From Callorhinchus milii (lineage: Eukaryota): a stretch of 64,000 nucleotides of DNA. The position numbers and the translations under genes are program-made. The notes beneath the pieces are model-generated. The model did no database searches. It was not told the DNA's origin and was given only the letters and a program-made list of their open reading frames with translations. This document shows positions 48,101-60,315 of the stretch, piece by piece (position 1 is the first letter of the stretch; each line of letters begins with the position of its first letter). The stretch covers positions 2,790,001 through 2,854,000 of the forward strand of contig NW_024704756.1 in assembly GCF_018977255.1 (NCBI RefSeq). The letters are read 5' to 3'.

Positions 48101-51100
48101 GACCAGGGGTCGATAACCGCCAGGTGACGTCTCACACATACTCAATAAAAACAAGAGTAAATAGCGATATTTACTGTAGTTTAAAGATTAACAGTTTTTA
48201 TAGTAATAATCCTTGCATTTGATATAGCGCCTTATCACGTCTTTGGGACGTCTCAAAACGCCTCACAAAACGTACTGTAAAGTGAATTGACTGTATATTT
48301 TGTGGGCGAAACGCGGCAGCCAATTGAGCACAGCAGTGTCCGGCAATAATCCTTGCATTTGATACAGCTGTGGTGTGGATTGAATGACCAAAGACAAAAT
48401 GGTGTCACACACAGAGCAAGAGCAGGTGAAATTTCAGGCCACGGAGAGGCAAAAGGCTTTCTCTCTCCTAACGGTAGACAATCGACTCATACTTGTTTTA
48501 TTCCGAGATGCATGAAATACTTCAACTGGACTCAACAACAAGAGTTATTGTCCCTTCCGCTTGTCTTTTTGATCATGTGTGAGAGCGTCACCAAGTGGCG
48601 ATTGGCCGGCAGCACACTCCCTGATTCAGAGTCCCACAAGTTGGACAGCGATTTGGATCAATGCATAAGTCACTGAGAAGCCATTAGATTGCGATGATGT
48701 ATTGTCCTTTAAACCAAACTAGGATCTACTGAGACACGGTTTGGAGAGTGGAGAGCAGATGGAACAACTTGTCACTGCTAAGAACCATCGGATGGCAATT
48801 GTACTATATTCTTCTTTGGTATTCGCTGTGGAGTCAATCAAATTTATAGCTGGAGTTTTATACTGTAATGTTTGTGGGTATTGAACCAGTTGGATTTTTT
48901 TCCTCAGGAATCAGTACCTTCCTGTTAATCATATTCTGCTCCTTTTATTGTGTAGGTTTATCCTGGCCCGAAAAGCCCGACACTTAACCAGTCTCAGCAA
49001 AGCAGAGAGGTGGGTGTGGTGCTCAGCATCCTAGGTCTATCATGGTGATCATTCTGTGCCTCTCGGGGTGACTGTTCTGTGGATGTTTGAAATGCAACAC
49101 CTCTTAATAATAATAATAATAATCCTTGCATTTGATACAGCGCCTAATCACATCATTGAGACGTCTCAACGTGCATCACAGAATATACTGTAAAATGAAT
49201 TGTGGGCCAATTGCGCAAAGCAAGACACTGTCAGAGTTTTATGATCCAGCATTTTTTCAAATGGCTTTTAAGGAAGCCAAGCCTTGGGGTGATTTGTTTC
49301 CCCCCCGTATTTCTTAATGGGATTCAGCAATCCAGAGGTGCATGAATAAGTGACACAAAATCAGGAATATTGCTCCAACGCGCTCTGTTTTTAGGATTCC
49401 CTATATTAATGCGACAATCTCCAGTTACCAGAAGATTGCTGCTGGTAGATATTTTAATTAAGAAATCTGGGTAAGAAATACTGCAAATTAGACTACACTT
49501 ATGATAATGGTGCCCTGCAGGTCCTATGTGCAATTTCATCCGCTACATAAATGTTTATTCATAATAATATAGTAATAATCACTGCATTTGATAAGGCGGC
49601 TCAAAGGTAATAGCTGTCAAGTGATTATGTATTTGTTAGCAAGACAAGTCTTAAGTATTTGTTAGCAATCGCAGAAGCTACTTTGTGTACAGCGAGTTCC
49701 CATAAACTACTATAGATTGAATAACCAATTTATCTGGACCTTTAACATTTACTGCTTTGCTGCAGTTTTCAGTGTTTTATTTCCCCCAAAGGATGCACTC
49801 AAGTTGATAGATGATAGTACTGGAGAACAGAGTACTTTCTATTTTGAGCACCATTGACAATAACAACAACAAAATTACATTTGTATAGCGCCTTTCATGT
49901 CGGGAGGATGTCCCAAGGCGCTGGCCAATCAATGTTTCGGACCCGAGCTGGGGGTCAGGATCGGGGAGCGTGGAGGGCAGTGGGGGCAGGAGGGTGACAA
50001 AAGGCACGGTTGAAGAGGAGACTCCTGAGATAGGACTTGAAGGAGGCAAGGGAGGGGGTGAGGTGGAGGGACTGTGGAATAATAATAATCCTTGCATTTG
50101 ATATAGCATTCTTCACATCTTCAAGACGTCTCAAAGCGCTTCACAGAATATCCTATAAAGTGAATTGATGTCTATTTGTCAGCGAAACTTGGAAGCCAAT
50201 TGCGCACAGCAGTGTCCCACAAACAGTAGTGGATTGGAGTGAACAATTTATTGTTTTTTTTCTTGAGGGATTATTATCAGGCGTGTGGAGTAAGGAAACT
50301 TGCCCAAGGTTTTGTCTTGCCAAGAATCGAACCCAGGTGTCTCACTTGCTAGGCAAGTGCTCTAACCACTGAGCTACAGGAATGGAGTTCTAGAGGGCGG
50401 GGGCAGAGTGGCAGAAGGCCCACCCACTATTGGTGGGGCGGGCGAGGTGGGGGACATGAAGCAGGCCGGAGCCCGCTGAGCGGAGGGAGCGTGCAGGTTG
50501 GTAGGGAGTTAGGAGGTCGCAGAGGTAGGGAAGAGCAAGACCATAGAGGGCTTTGGAGTGGAGGACCAGGATCTTGAACTGTGTCCTCTGTGTGATGGGA
50601 AGCCAGTGGAGTCGGGCGAGGGGGTAGGTGATGGGGTCGGGGAGCCTAGTGTGAGAGAGAATATGGGCTGCAGAGTTCTGGGTGAACTGTAGCCTATGGG
50701 ATAGTAAGGTATATGGGAGAAAGCTGGAAATTGTAATTGAAAGGATTGGTTGAGGTACAGATCAGCCATGATCTAATTAGATGGCAGAACAGGCTCGAAG
50801 GGCTGAATGGCCTCCTCATGTTCCTATGTTTCTTTCTATGTTCCTATGGAGGGAGGAGTTGGAGAGGCCGACAAGCAGGGAGTTTGCATAGTTGAGCCTG
50901 GATGTAATGAATACGTGAATGAAGGTTTCAACAGCTATTGATGTGAGATAGTGGCAGAGCCGGGCGATGCTGCAGAGCTGGGAGAAGGCATAGCAGGTCA
51001 TGGCACGGATGTGGGGTAGAAAGGACAGTTGAGGGTGAAACAAGACACCCAGGTTCCAGACTGGCTTAGTAAGGTAGAGTGTGCATCTATGGATGGTGAC

Positions 51101-54100
51101 GCTGTCAGTGCCTGAGGTGTGGAGGCGTTCACGGGAGCCAATCAGGAGGGCCTCGTCTGGCAAGTGGGAGACCTGGGTTCGATTCCCAGCAGGGCAAAAT
51201 CTGGGGCAAGTTTCCTTACTCCACACGCCTGATGATAATCTCTCAAGAAAAGAAACATGTTCAACTGTAGAAAGTTAGCTCTTATCCAGGACTTGATGTC
51301 TGACAGACATTCTATCAGGACAGCAGTGGTCTTAGAGTCGAGGGTTGGAGACAGAGAGATAGAGGTGGGTGTCGTCTCAGTATTCTAAGTATTCTCAGGT
51401 CAGCTATAACACAGACAGGGTACAGAATAAAGCTCCCTCGACTACTTCACCCTATTATTGTGGTGTGGAACTCAGGCCACAGAGGTGAAAGAACAATATG
51501 CCGCCCGTCCCTCTCATTGAATACGTTTTCCTAAAGAAGATAGTACTGGATCACAAGATTATTTTGGATTATCATTATCGTTCCAGGATATCCACTCTAC
51601 TGTGCCCCCATCACAGCATCAACATGTTTTTAATTGAGTCTCAATGTCCTATCCTCAACCCTTCCTGGTAATCTATTCCAGTCGTTAACAATAATAATCC
51701 TTGCATTTGATATAGCGCTTTTCACGTCTTCTCGACGTCTCAAAGCGCTTCACAGAATAGACTGTAAAGTGAATTGACTGTATATATTTGTGACCCTCTG
51801 GGTAAAGAAAAACTTCCTGTTGTCTGTCTTGAAATAGCCCTTTAGAACTCTAAACCTGTGTCCTCTTAGGCTAGATTTACTTAAAGATTTGGTTCACAAT
51901 CCAGCATTCACTGGCCAGCAATCAGGAGCTGATTCCCATTCCTCTCACTCATCCCTAACCCACAAGCCACGTAGTACCATGACTGAGATTGAAGTAACTC
52001 TGTGTAGACCAGGATAGGAACCGTCTGGTCTGTATGGCCCAGTCTGCACGAGGCAGCACCATTACCCATCAGGGCAGCTGTGTGATGCAATGTCAACCAA
52101 ACTGCATGCTGGCCTAGCTGACCTAAACCTGCCTTGGTTTTACAGGAAGAAACAAATCTGCCAGGTTTATGCCCGGGTGCTGCAAACTGAAGAGGCTTTG
52201 CACGTAAGCGAGAGACCGATTGTTGGGGGGTGGGGGTTGTGATGAAGGGTGTGTCAATGAGAGGTGACCTTTGGTGCCACACAAGCAGCGCTTCGTGCCC
52301 CAGGCTTGGGGTGGTAGGGTGGGTGAGGGGGCGAAGGGAGGCAATGGGGGTGGAAAGGGAGGGGAAGGGGTGTCCAGATGTGTCCAATTCAATTTAAGCA
52401 ACTCGTTCAATTGCCATTGCCTAAACGCTTGAAGGGAGAGGAGTTGTTGTAAGATTTTCGAGAAATAATGACTAGTTGATTTGTGGGGAAGTCCTGTTTC
52501 CTGTGCCTGATGCTTAAATATTGTAATCAGTCCCTTGGGACGACATCCCAACGTGAAAGGTATACAAATGTAATATGTTGTTGTAATATTCTGTGAAAAT
52601 CCTTCCCTGGGGCCAGGCTGTGCACTATGAGGAGAAGGATTGGTGTGAGGAGCCTTACTCTGGCGGATGCTACACTGCATACTTCCCGCCTGGCACATTC
52701 GTTCAGTTTGGCAGGTGTGTATGTGTAAATATTTGCTTCAAGGTCACTTGAGGTTCAGTTGTTGTCTTGATGCACAAGATTTCCTTTCTATCCCTGTTTT
52801 GTTAACATGGCTGCCACCGATTGGGGTTTACACTGGGCTGACAATAATGGGGGTGTTGGGGGGAGGAGGATTATAATCTTTGTCTCTTTATAGCATCAAG
52901 GAGAAGTCAGAGGCTGCCTTTCTAACCAAGAACACTTCGGTATTACGACCTTTAACGCCTTTCGCAGTTGCCTCAATAAGCAGTGCTTTAGAGGTGATTG
53001 CTCGGTCTGCACACCAGGTGATGCTGTTCTAGGAAACTTTAGCAACAAGCAGTTCACTGCTATATACAGTATATACACTGCAGATCTCAGTATTGCTGGG
53101 GAGGAATGTAAATTCTGACACTCGTACAAGAGTCTGAAGCCAGACCAGCCTGAGAAACCCATGGAATCCCTTTATTTCTATTTATACCTCTGTAAAATGC
53201 TGCTAACTGACCGTTTTTGCTGGTGCATCACACAGTGCTGTGCATGTACACAGACTGGATCAAGGACAGCTACAAAACAGCATTCATCCCCTCAGTCACA
53301 ACAAGGGGTGGCTAATTAGTTTGGGGAATGAGCTTTCACCAGCTACAGCCTAATTGTCATGGTGTGCTTATGATGGGAAATATCATTACTTCGCCACAGA
53401 TACTGTAACAGCAAGCCATGCTCAGCAATAACCTGTCATTATCTTCAGCAACCTTTATACAGGCAGTCCCAGGCACAAGGCTTCCCCCTGAAGCTGTTTC
53501 TAGGAGCTGGCTCTGAGTGTTGTGGGAAGCTGCTCAGAGCACCAGTGATCTGATGCATCGCTCTCCTGTTTAGTGAGGGTTCATCGGCTGTTTTGAGTTT
53601 TGGTTCATTCCTCGTGGAGTATTTTGCAAAAAAAACCACACAAACGGATCCACTCGTTTCAGTCGCACTGTATACGGATTGCTCTGCTGCCTACCCCAGC
53701 TCGTCAGGGACAACTGTAGGGCATCAGTTATCACTGCAATATTGCGGGTAAAGCGGCGAAACACAAAATACAACATATTGATTCAAAATTGAAGTCAATC
53801 TCCTGTACAAAGAGGGACGTGTCAACATACATCAAGGAGCTTAGAGGGTATGTGATAAATTGTGTGTGAGGTTGCCTTGTATAATTGGCCATAAATAAGT
53901 GGGTCACAGAAAAACTCTAAGCTGGGAGTAGCATATTAATTTATTCCATGGGTGACAGTCCTGTATACTCAATATTTCCAACAGAATTTAGGTTTTAACG
54001 TTAAATTTAATAAGGACTTATTGTGGTGGAGATCTGTTTAGCACAGAAGCCCTGAGTCTTTTGGAATTCTCCCCCAATCCCTCCGCCTTGCTCCCTCCTT

Positions 54101-57100
54101 CCCCTCTTTCAGATCACGACTGAAGACCTTCGTCTTTGACCGTGCCTACGGTCACCTCCTCCCTCCCCCCGGCTCGGCATCGGGCTCCGCCACTTTTAAT
54201 CGCTCCAAGCCGCTACCCCATGTGAAAGGCGCTGTTTATTTATGCAAATGTTTACTTACACTTTGACTGTGCTTTCATGAATGACCCAGATTTGATCCCT
54301 GTCATGAGTTGAGTCAACCACCACAGTCCAGTGGTGGGAAGGCTACAGTTGGCCTCAGTGTCTCTGGGCCGGGGAAGGGGAAATCAATCATGGATTCTGT
54401 TCCTGATTATTAACCAGTGAGCCAGGTGCAAAGGTTGGAACTCGGGTGATGGCAGGAACGGGCTTGACTCTGATCTCCACAATAGCTTGCCTCTATTCAC
54501 GGATGACTCTCATGGGGAGAATGGACACTTGGATGAGGTGATTGACGGCTGCCTGTGGAACCGTACCCCAAGCAGACTCATTGGTCTCAGTCAGGTGGAG
54601 GGAATAGCAGCAAAAAAAAATGTCTCCTAAAGTTGTTGGGTATCCTCTGGGTCCACTCTTTATTGCTCTCTGACCACCATCTTGACTGTTATCCCATGAT
54701 GTTGGGACAAGCTGGAGATAGGAGCTCCCAGAATGTTTCAATAAGAAATCATAACTTAACTTCCTATTCTTTCCATTCTGATCCTAGCTACTCTTCACTC
54801 TGGGTATAGAAACACTCTGCTCTGCTCTAGTCCAACGTCTCAGTGTTGAGACTGGGAACTCTCACACCTTGCTTTCCTCACACCCTGCATAAACTTTCCT
54901 CCCCCCCCCAAAAAAAAAATCACATTGAGAAAGTTCTTACAAGCCAAGTTGAAACTTATGACTTTTTTCCTTCGAAATATATTTTCGTAACATTTACAAC
55001 TGATGTCACCCCCGAGTCCCAGTGTTGTTTGTTTCACTGCTTGTTCCCATGTCCATCCAGAGTTCTGCGGAAGCCATTTGGACGTCTGTACTTTGCTGGG
55101 ACTGAGACGGCCTCCAAGTGGAGTGGGTACATGGACGGAGCGGTGGAAGCTGGGGAACGTGCAGCTAGAGAGGTAAGTGCTTGTGTCTATTCTGATAGTC
55201 CTGTAGCATATGACTTATATGTCAGTGGTTAGCGTGCTCGCCTCGAGAGCGAGAGAATCCGGGATCGATTCCTGGGCAGGGCGAAACCTTAGGCAACGTA
55301 GGAAACCTTACTCCACACACCTCTGTTTACCTAATAGTAAGTGGGAACCCGGTTGTTTGTCGATTGGTGATCACTTTCCGGGGTTACTAATCCGTTCAAA
55401 TAACAATGCGATATAGCACCTTAAAATGTTTTCGAGATGTCTCAAAGACGTTCACAGAATACACTGTAAAGTGAATTGACTATATATTTTGTGGGCAAAT
55501 GATAAAGACCAGGTCTGCCTGCCCACAGCAACAAATAAATCCTCTATCTGTGCGTGTGTGTGGGTGCATGTTTGCCTTTTTGTATGTGTGTGTGTGTGTG
55601 CACATGGGCCTTTGCGCGCGTGTGTGTGCGTGCCCATACGCCAGTGTGTGTTAGTTATCCTAATGTGAAATGTTCATTGCCATTGACGTTAAGCTGTCTA
55701 TTCTGTAGGTGATGTGTGCCATGGGGATGATCCCAGCCACAGAAATCTGGGTGGAAGAACCTGAAGTTCAGGTAAGGTGGTACAACAACAACAACAACAA
55801 CAACAACAAGATTCCATTTATTGAGCGCCTTTCACATCGGGAGGACGTCCCAAGGCGCTGTACAGTTGGGTCAGGACCCGAGCAGGGGGGAAATGGTCAG
55901 GGTGAGGGGAGGGAAGGGAGGGAGCGAGGAGGGGGTAGAGAGTCAAGAGGGGAGCTGAAGGCACGGTCAAAGAGAAAGGTCTTGAGACCGGCCTTGAAGG
56001 AGGAAAGGGAGGAAGCGGCGAAGGCACTGGGGGATGGAGTTCCAGAGCCTCGGGGCTGAGAGGCTGAAGGCCACCGATGGTAGGGCGGTTGGGGCGGGGG
56101 ATGTGGAGCAGACCGGAGCCAGAGGAACGGAGGGTACGGGCAGGTAGGTGGGGGGATAGTAGGTCAGAGAGGTAGGAGGGAGCAAGGCCGTGAATGGCCT
56201 TGTAGGTGAGGGTGAGGATCTTGAATTCGATCCTCTGGGGGATGGGGAGCCAGTGGAGGCGAGCGAGGGCGAGGGTGAGGGTGAGGGCGAGGGTGGGAGT
56301 GATGTGGTCACTGGTGCGGGACAGTACACGAGCTGCAGAGTTCTGAATGACCTGCAGTGTGGAGGGAGGGCCGGGAAGGCCGGCGAGGAGAGAGTTCCCA
56401 TAGTCCAGCCTTGAGGTGATAAAGGCGTGGACCAGGATTTCAGCCGCGTGAGGGGTGAGGTAGTGCCGTAGTCTGGCGACATTCCGGAGGTGATGGAAGG
56501 CGGTGCCAGTTGTGGTGCGGATATGAGGGAGAAAGGACAGCTCAGGGTCGAACAAAACCCCGAGGTTCCTGATGGCTTTGAGAGGTGGAGAGTGCAGCCT
56601 TGGATGCTGATGCTGTCAGCGCCTGAGGTGCGGAGGCGCTGACGTGAGCCAATCAGGAGGGCCTCAGTTTTGCGCACGTTGAGCTGAAGAAAGTTGTCTC
56701 TCGTCCAGGACTCGATGTCGGACAGGCAGCTGTCAGGACATCGGGGGTCGTGGAGTTGAGGGTAGAGGAGGAAAGGTAGAGTTGGGTGTCATCCGCATAC
56801 ATGTGGAAGTTAACCCCATGTCTGCGGATGATGTCACCACAGGGGGAGCATATAGAGGGTGAAGAGGAGGGGACCGAGGACAGAGCCCTGAGGGACACCA
56901 CACGAGACAGTGCGGGGGGTGGAGGATAAACCATTTGTGGAGACAAAGTGAAGACAGTGGGAGAGGTACGACCTAAACCACTCAAGGACAGGAACTGAAG
57001 GTTTAGGTGGGAGGACAAGCGGTGGAGGAGGATAGCGTGGTCGACCGTATCGAATGCTGCCGATAGGTCGAGGAGGACGAGGAGGCAGAGGGAGCCCTGG

Positions 57101-59096
57101 TCACAGATGGTCAGGATGTCATTGGTGACCTTGACCAGGGCAGTTTCTGTGCTATGGGCAGCACGGAAACCCGACTGAAGGGGTTCGAATAGTGAATGGT
57201 TGGAGAGGAAAGAGCGCAGCTGGGAGGCGACAACTCCTTCCAGGACCTTGGACAGGAAGGGGAGGTTGGAGATGGGCCGGTAGCTTGATAGCTGCGACCA
57301 TCAAGGGAGGGTTTTTTTAAGGTGGGAGTGATGGTGGCAGTTTTTAAGGGAATGGGAACAGAGCCAGAGGAGAGGGACAGGTTGACGATGTCTGTGATAT
57401 GTGGGGCAAGGAGGTGGAGCTGGGAGATAAGGAGTGGAGTGGGGATGGGGTCAAGGGAGCAGGTGGTGGGTTTCAGGGATAGGATGAGTTTGGTGACAGA
57501 GGGTGGGGAAACGGGTACGAAGGTGTGTAGGGGAGGATGGGTAGGAGTCGGAGTGTGGGAGGGAAGGGGTGGGGGTGGGTGGATGTTGGAGGGGAAGTGA
57601 CCGCGGAGCGAATTCCCTTGATTTTGGATTCAAGGAAATCCAGCATCTCCTCGCAGTGAAGGTTGGAGGAGATGACCTGCGCGGGGTGGCGGGGGGGACG
57701 GAGGAGTTGGGATGTGGTAGAGAACAGTAGCCTGGGGTTGTCCTTCGCCTCCAGGATTATCCTGGAGTAGAAGGACGATTTGGCCGAGGCTAGAGTGGAG
57801 CGGTAGATTTTGAGGAGGTCCAGCCAGATTTGTCGGTGGACCATTAGACCAGATTTGACCCAGGTGCGTTCAGCGGCCCGCACCTGGCTCTTCAGTGAGC
57901 GGAGGTGGGTGGTGAACCACGGGGAGGAGCGAGAGTAGGAGACAGTACGGGAGGTGATAGGGGCAAGAGTGTCAAGTGTGGAGGAGAGGGTGTTGTGGAG
58001 GAGGGTGAGAGCAGAAGAGGGGTCGGTGAGGGTTGAAGGCCAGAGGGAGAGGAGTTCAGAGGACTCCAAGGCAGCGGTACAGTACTAAACTGCACAGAAT
58101 CCTGCTGTTATCTGCGTTGACTGAAAGTTTAGTGGGTTTGTTTATGATTTACTCTGAGCAGAACCTTGTAGCCAAATAGACACTTGCATCAAATACTGTA
58201 TTATTATAAATGCAGTCTGTTTGTAATATTCATCCAGCCTTTATTCACATAGAAAGAGATGATATTTACCCTGTGACACTGTATCATTAGGTGGGTGTAA
58301 TAGAGAGAAAGATATATCAGAATTCTAATGGAGCTCAGGTATGTAACACAGTTAGAATTGAGCGTATTGTAATGAGAGTCAGGTGTTTAACACAAAGAAT
58401 TGTCACAGAGCAGTACATTTAATTCATATAATTGAGTTATGATAGGGCTCAGGTCTGTAATACTATTCTTCCACATTATGGGAGAAGCACCTACTGTTCT
58501 AACAGTATTATAAAGAGGATGGAGATGTGTTTCCTGGTATGTAAGCAGCCAACGACTCACAGAGCTTCAGGATATATTGTGGAACAGGAAGTATTAATAA
58601 TAATAGTCCTTGCATTTGATTTAGAGCCTTATCACGTCGTTGAGATATCTCAAAGCGCTGCACAGAAAGTACTGTTAAGTATATTACAATAATCAAAATT
58701 ACAATGACATAAAATGACTTTTGTGCAGCACCTTTCACATCAGGAAGACATCCCAAGCGCTGGAACTGTGATTATACTATAGTGCCCTGGGACGCTACCC
58801 TGTGTGAGGGGGCGCTATACAAATACAAGTTGTTGTTGTTGTAAGGTGAATTGACGGTGTATTTTGTGGGCAAAATATACTTAAATACGTTTTAAAATAT
58901 ACCTTCAAAAATGAAAAGTACTAAAACGTGCCGTTTATTTTTTCTGCAGGAGGTTCCGAGCCGCCCCTTCAGCCCCACTTTGTGGGAGAGGCACTTGCCC
59001 TCTGTGCCGGGTTTCCTGCTGCTGCTGGGCCTCACCACGTGTCTGTCACTGGCCGGGCTGGTGCTCACCGGGAGAGGCCTTCGGGCCCAGAGCTGA
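33172..59096 (+). CDS. MAO: Flavin-containing monoamine oxidase (MAO family), 15 exons, 519 aa
   Basis: Exons 33172-33220, 39234-39328, 39940-40077, 43213-43317, 44462-44553, 45442-45583, 46084-46233, 46751-46910, 47881-47977, 48956-49009, 52146-52203, 52617-52714, 55061-55172, 55709-55771, 58950-59096 (1560 nt, all GT-AG, phases consistent). Motifs: [11 protein letters not shown] (FAD binding), [40 protein letters not shown] (covalent FAD Cys), [24 protein letters not shown], and a C-terminal transmembrane anchor. Confidence 0.97.
33396..33729 (-). mobile_element. Full-length tRNA-derived SINE with L2-like 3' end (dominant family)
   Basis: Minus strand: A box TAGCTCAGTGG, B box GAGTTCAATTCC, body, 3' GACGTGAAAAGCGCTATATCAAATGCAAGGA and (TTA)n tail. 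Confidence 0.85.
34595..34932 (+). mobile_element. L2 3' fragment in MAO intron 1
   Basis: Highly similar to 8240-8605, with the same 3' end and (TTG) tail. Confidence 0.8.
40405..40835 (-). mobile_element. Deu-domain-type SINE (AmnSINE1/SacSINE1-like)
   Basis: CCATGGGATCTTTAACGTCCACCTGAACAGGCAGA...GTTTAACATCT...GGCTTGAACCCACAACCT. Related copies at about 2720-3220, 6505-6815, 21855-22290, 27530-27770(+), 30130-30390, 34930-35370 and 43870-44160. Confidence 0.65.
47300..47635 (+). mobile_element. tRNA-SINE in MAO intron 8
   Basis: Head, body and AAATGCAAGGA(TTA)n tail of the dominant family. Confidence 0.75.
50078..50381 (-). mobile_element. tRNA-SINE in MAO intron 10
   Basis: Full head (ATCGAACCCAGG...TCTAACCACTGAGCTACAGG) and (AAT)n tail. 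Confidence 0.8.
50385..51376 (-). mobile_element. L2 LINE fragment interrupted by a CR1 3' end (~50700-50846) and a SINE head (~51154-51258)
   Basis: L2 RT-like translation ([10 protein letters not shown]) is broken by GGGCTGAATGGCCT...(TTCCTATG)n and by GGTTCGATTCC...TTTCCTTACTCCACACGCC. Confidence 0.75.
55782..58078 (-). mobile_element. 5'-truncated L2-clade LINE in MAO intron 14, antisense
   Basis: Same RT motifs on the minus strand ([23 protein letters not shown]). (CAA)n tail begins about 10 nt after the exon 14 donor. Confidence 0.92.
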
Positions 59097-59858
59097 GATC
59101 TGTCCTGCTCCCTGTCGCATCTTTGCAATGGATTGATGTGTACTGCGTTAGCATCTCCTGTTAGACCTCACTGTAGGTGATAATGTTGCGGTTAGGATCA
59201 GAGACTGGTGTGAGCCAGTGTATAAATCAGAACAAGCAAGCACATGTGCCTTGTTGTCATTTGTACGTACCTCGGACTGACCACAGACAATCCCATAATG
59301 TTGCAAACCACAGGCTAGGCAATTTGCTCTAGCCCCTGAATGTCCTGGCTTGCACTGGTACTCAGCAGAACGATGCAAGACAGTCAGGCACTGGCGCTGT
59401 GATTAGCAGGACACACTGTGGGGAATATAGGGACGCAATGTGATGAGTGGTGGGAGCGCTGTTGCAGGAAATACACATTCACTTATTTGAGACTATTTGT
59501 CAAACTTTGAGCTGGGAGGTTGCTTTAATACTTAACACTAAGATTCAGGGGTCCAGCTGTATAATTCTATGATTCACAGCCAGCCTGGATCATTGGCCGG
59601 ACTTGGAAAGACAGACAAGTCACTGGGGGTAGGGAATCCTCGCACTCAGCTCCTGTTAACCTTGCAAGCCAAAGCCCTAACAGGTAGGGTGGTCCTAGCT
59701 GGACAAGCAGCAGGAAAGCTTGCCGGACACACTAAGGTTTAATACTAAAATTGCTACACAAGAATTTGAAGGAAAGAAATATTTCTCAAGGTCCAAAAAA
59801 AAGATTCAGACACAATGTAGAAAGCAAATAATATATTGAAATACAGCTTTGATCTTAC

Positions 59859-59864
59859 AATAAA
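59859..59864 (+). terminator. Probable MAO polyadenylation signal
   Basis: AATAAA about 760 nt after the MAO stop, in an A-rich stretch. Confidence 0.5.
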
Positions 59865-60096
59865 TTACATTCTAAAGTGCTGGTAAGAAATTGCACATTG
59901 TTTAAGCTAATTTGCAGTTTCTATTTGTGGTTACACACTGCAGTGATCTCAGTAAAGTCAGGTCTAACAGAACCCCCTTCAAAAGCAATCGTAATAGGGT
60001 TTTAGAAACCCACTGTGGCTTTTGCGTGCAAGATACTTATTTTTCAATCCGCAAAAGGACGGTGAGATCTGTTCTGATATTTGTACAGGATGATGA

Positions 60097-60315
60097 TAAT
60101 AATAATAATCCTCGCATTTGATATGGCACCTTGTCACTTCGTTGAGACGTCTCAAAGCGCTTCACAGAATATACTGTAAAGTGAATTGATTGTATATTTT
60201 GTGAGCGAAACTCAGCAGCCAATTGCGCACAGCAGCGACCCACAAACAGTCGTGGATTGAGTATCCAAATTATTTTTATTTTATTTTTGAAAGGATTATT
60301 ATCCCCGGAAAAGCA
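60097..60315 (-). mobile_element. SINE 3' portion
   Basis: (AAT)n CCTCGCATTTGATAT...GCAGCCAATTGCGCACAGC. Many further partial copies occur, e.g. near 10, 3415, 12190, 13755, 23505, 34270, 41050, 41760, 48205, 55440, 63600. Confidence 0.75.
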
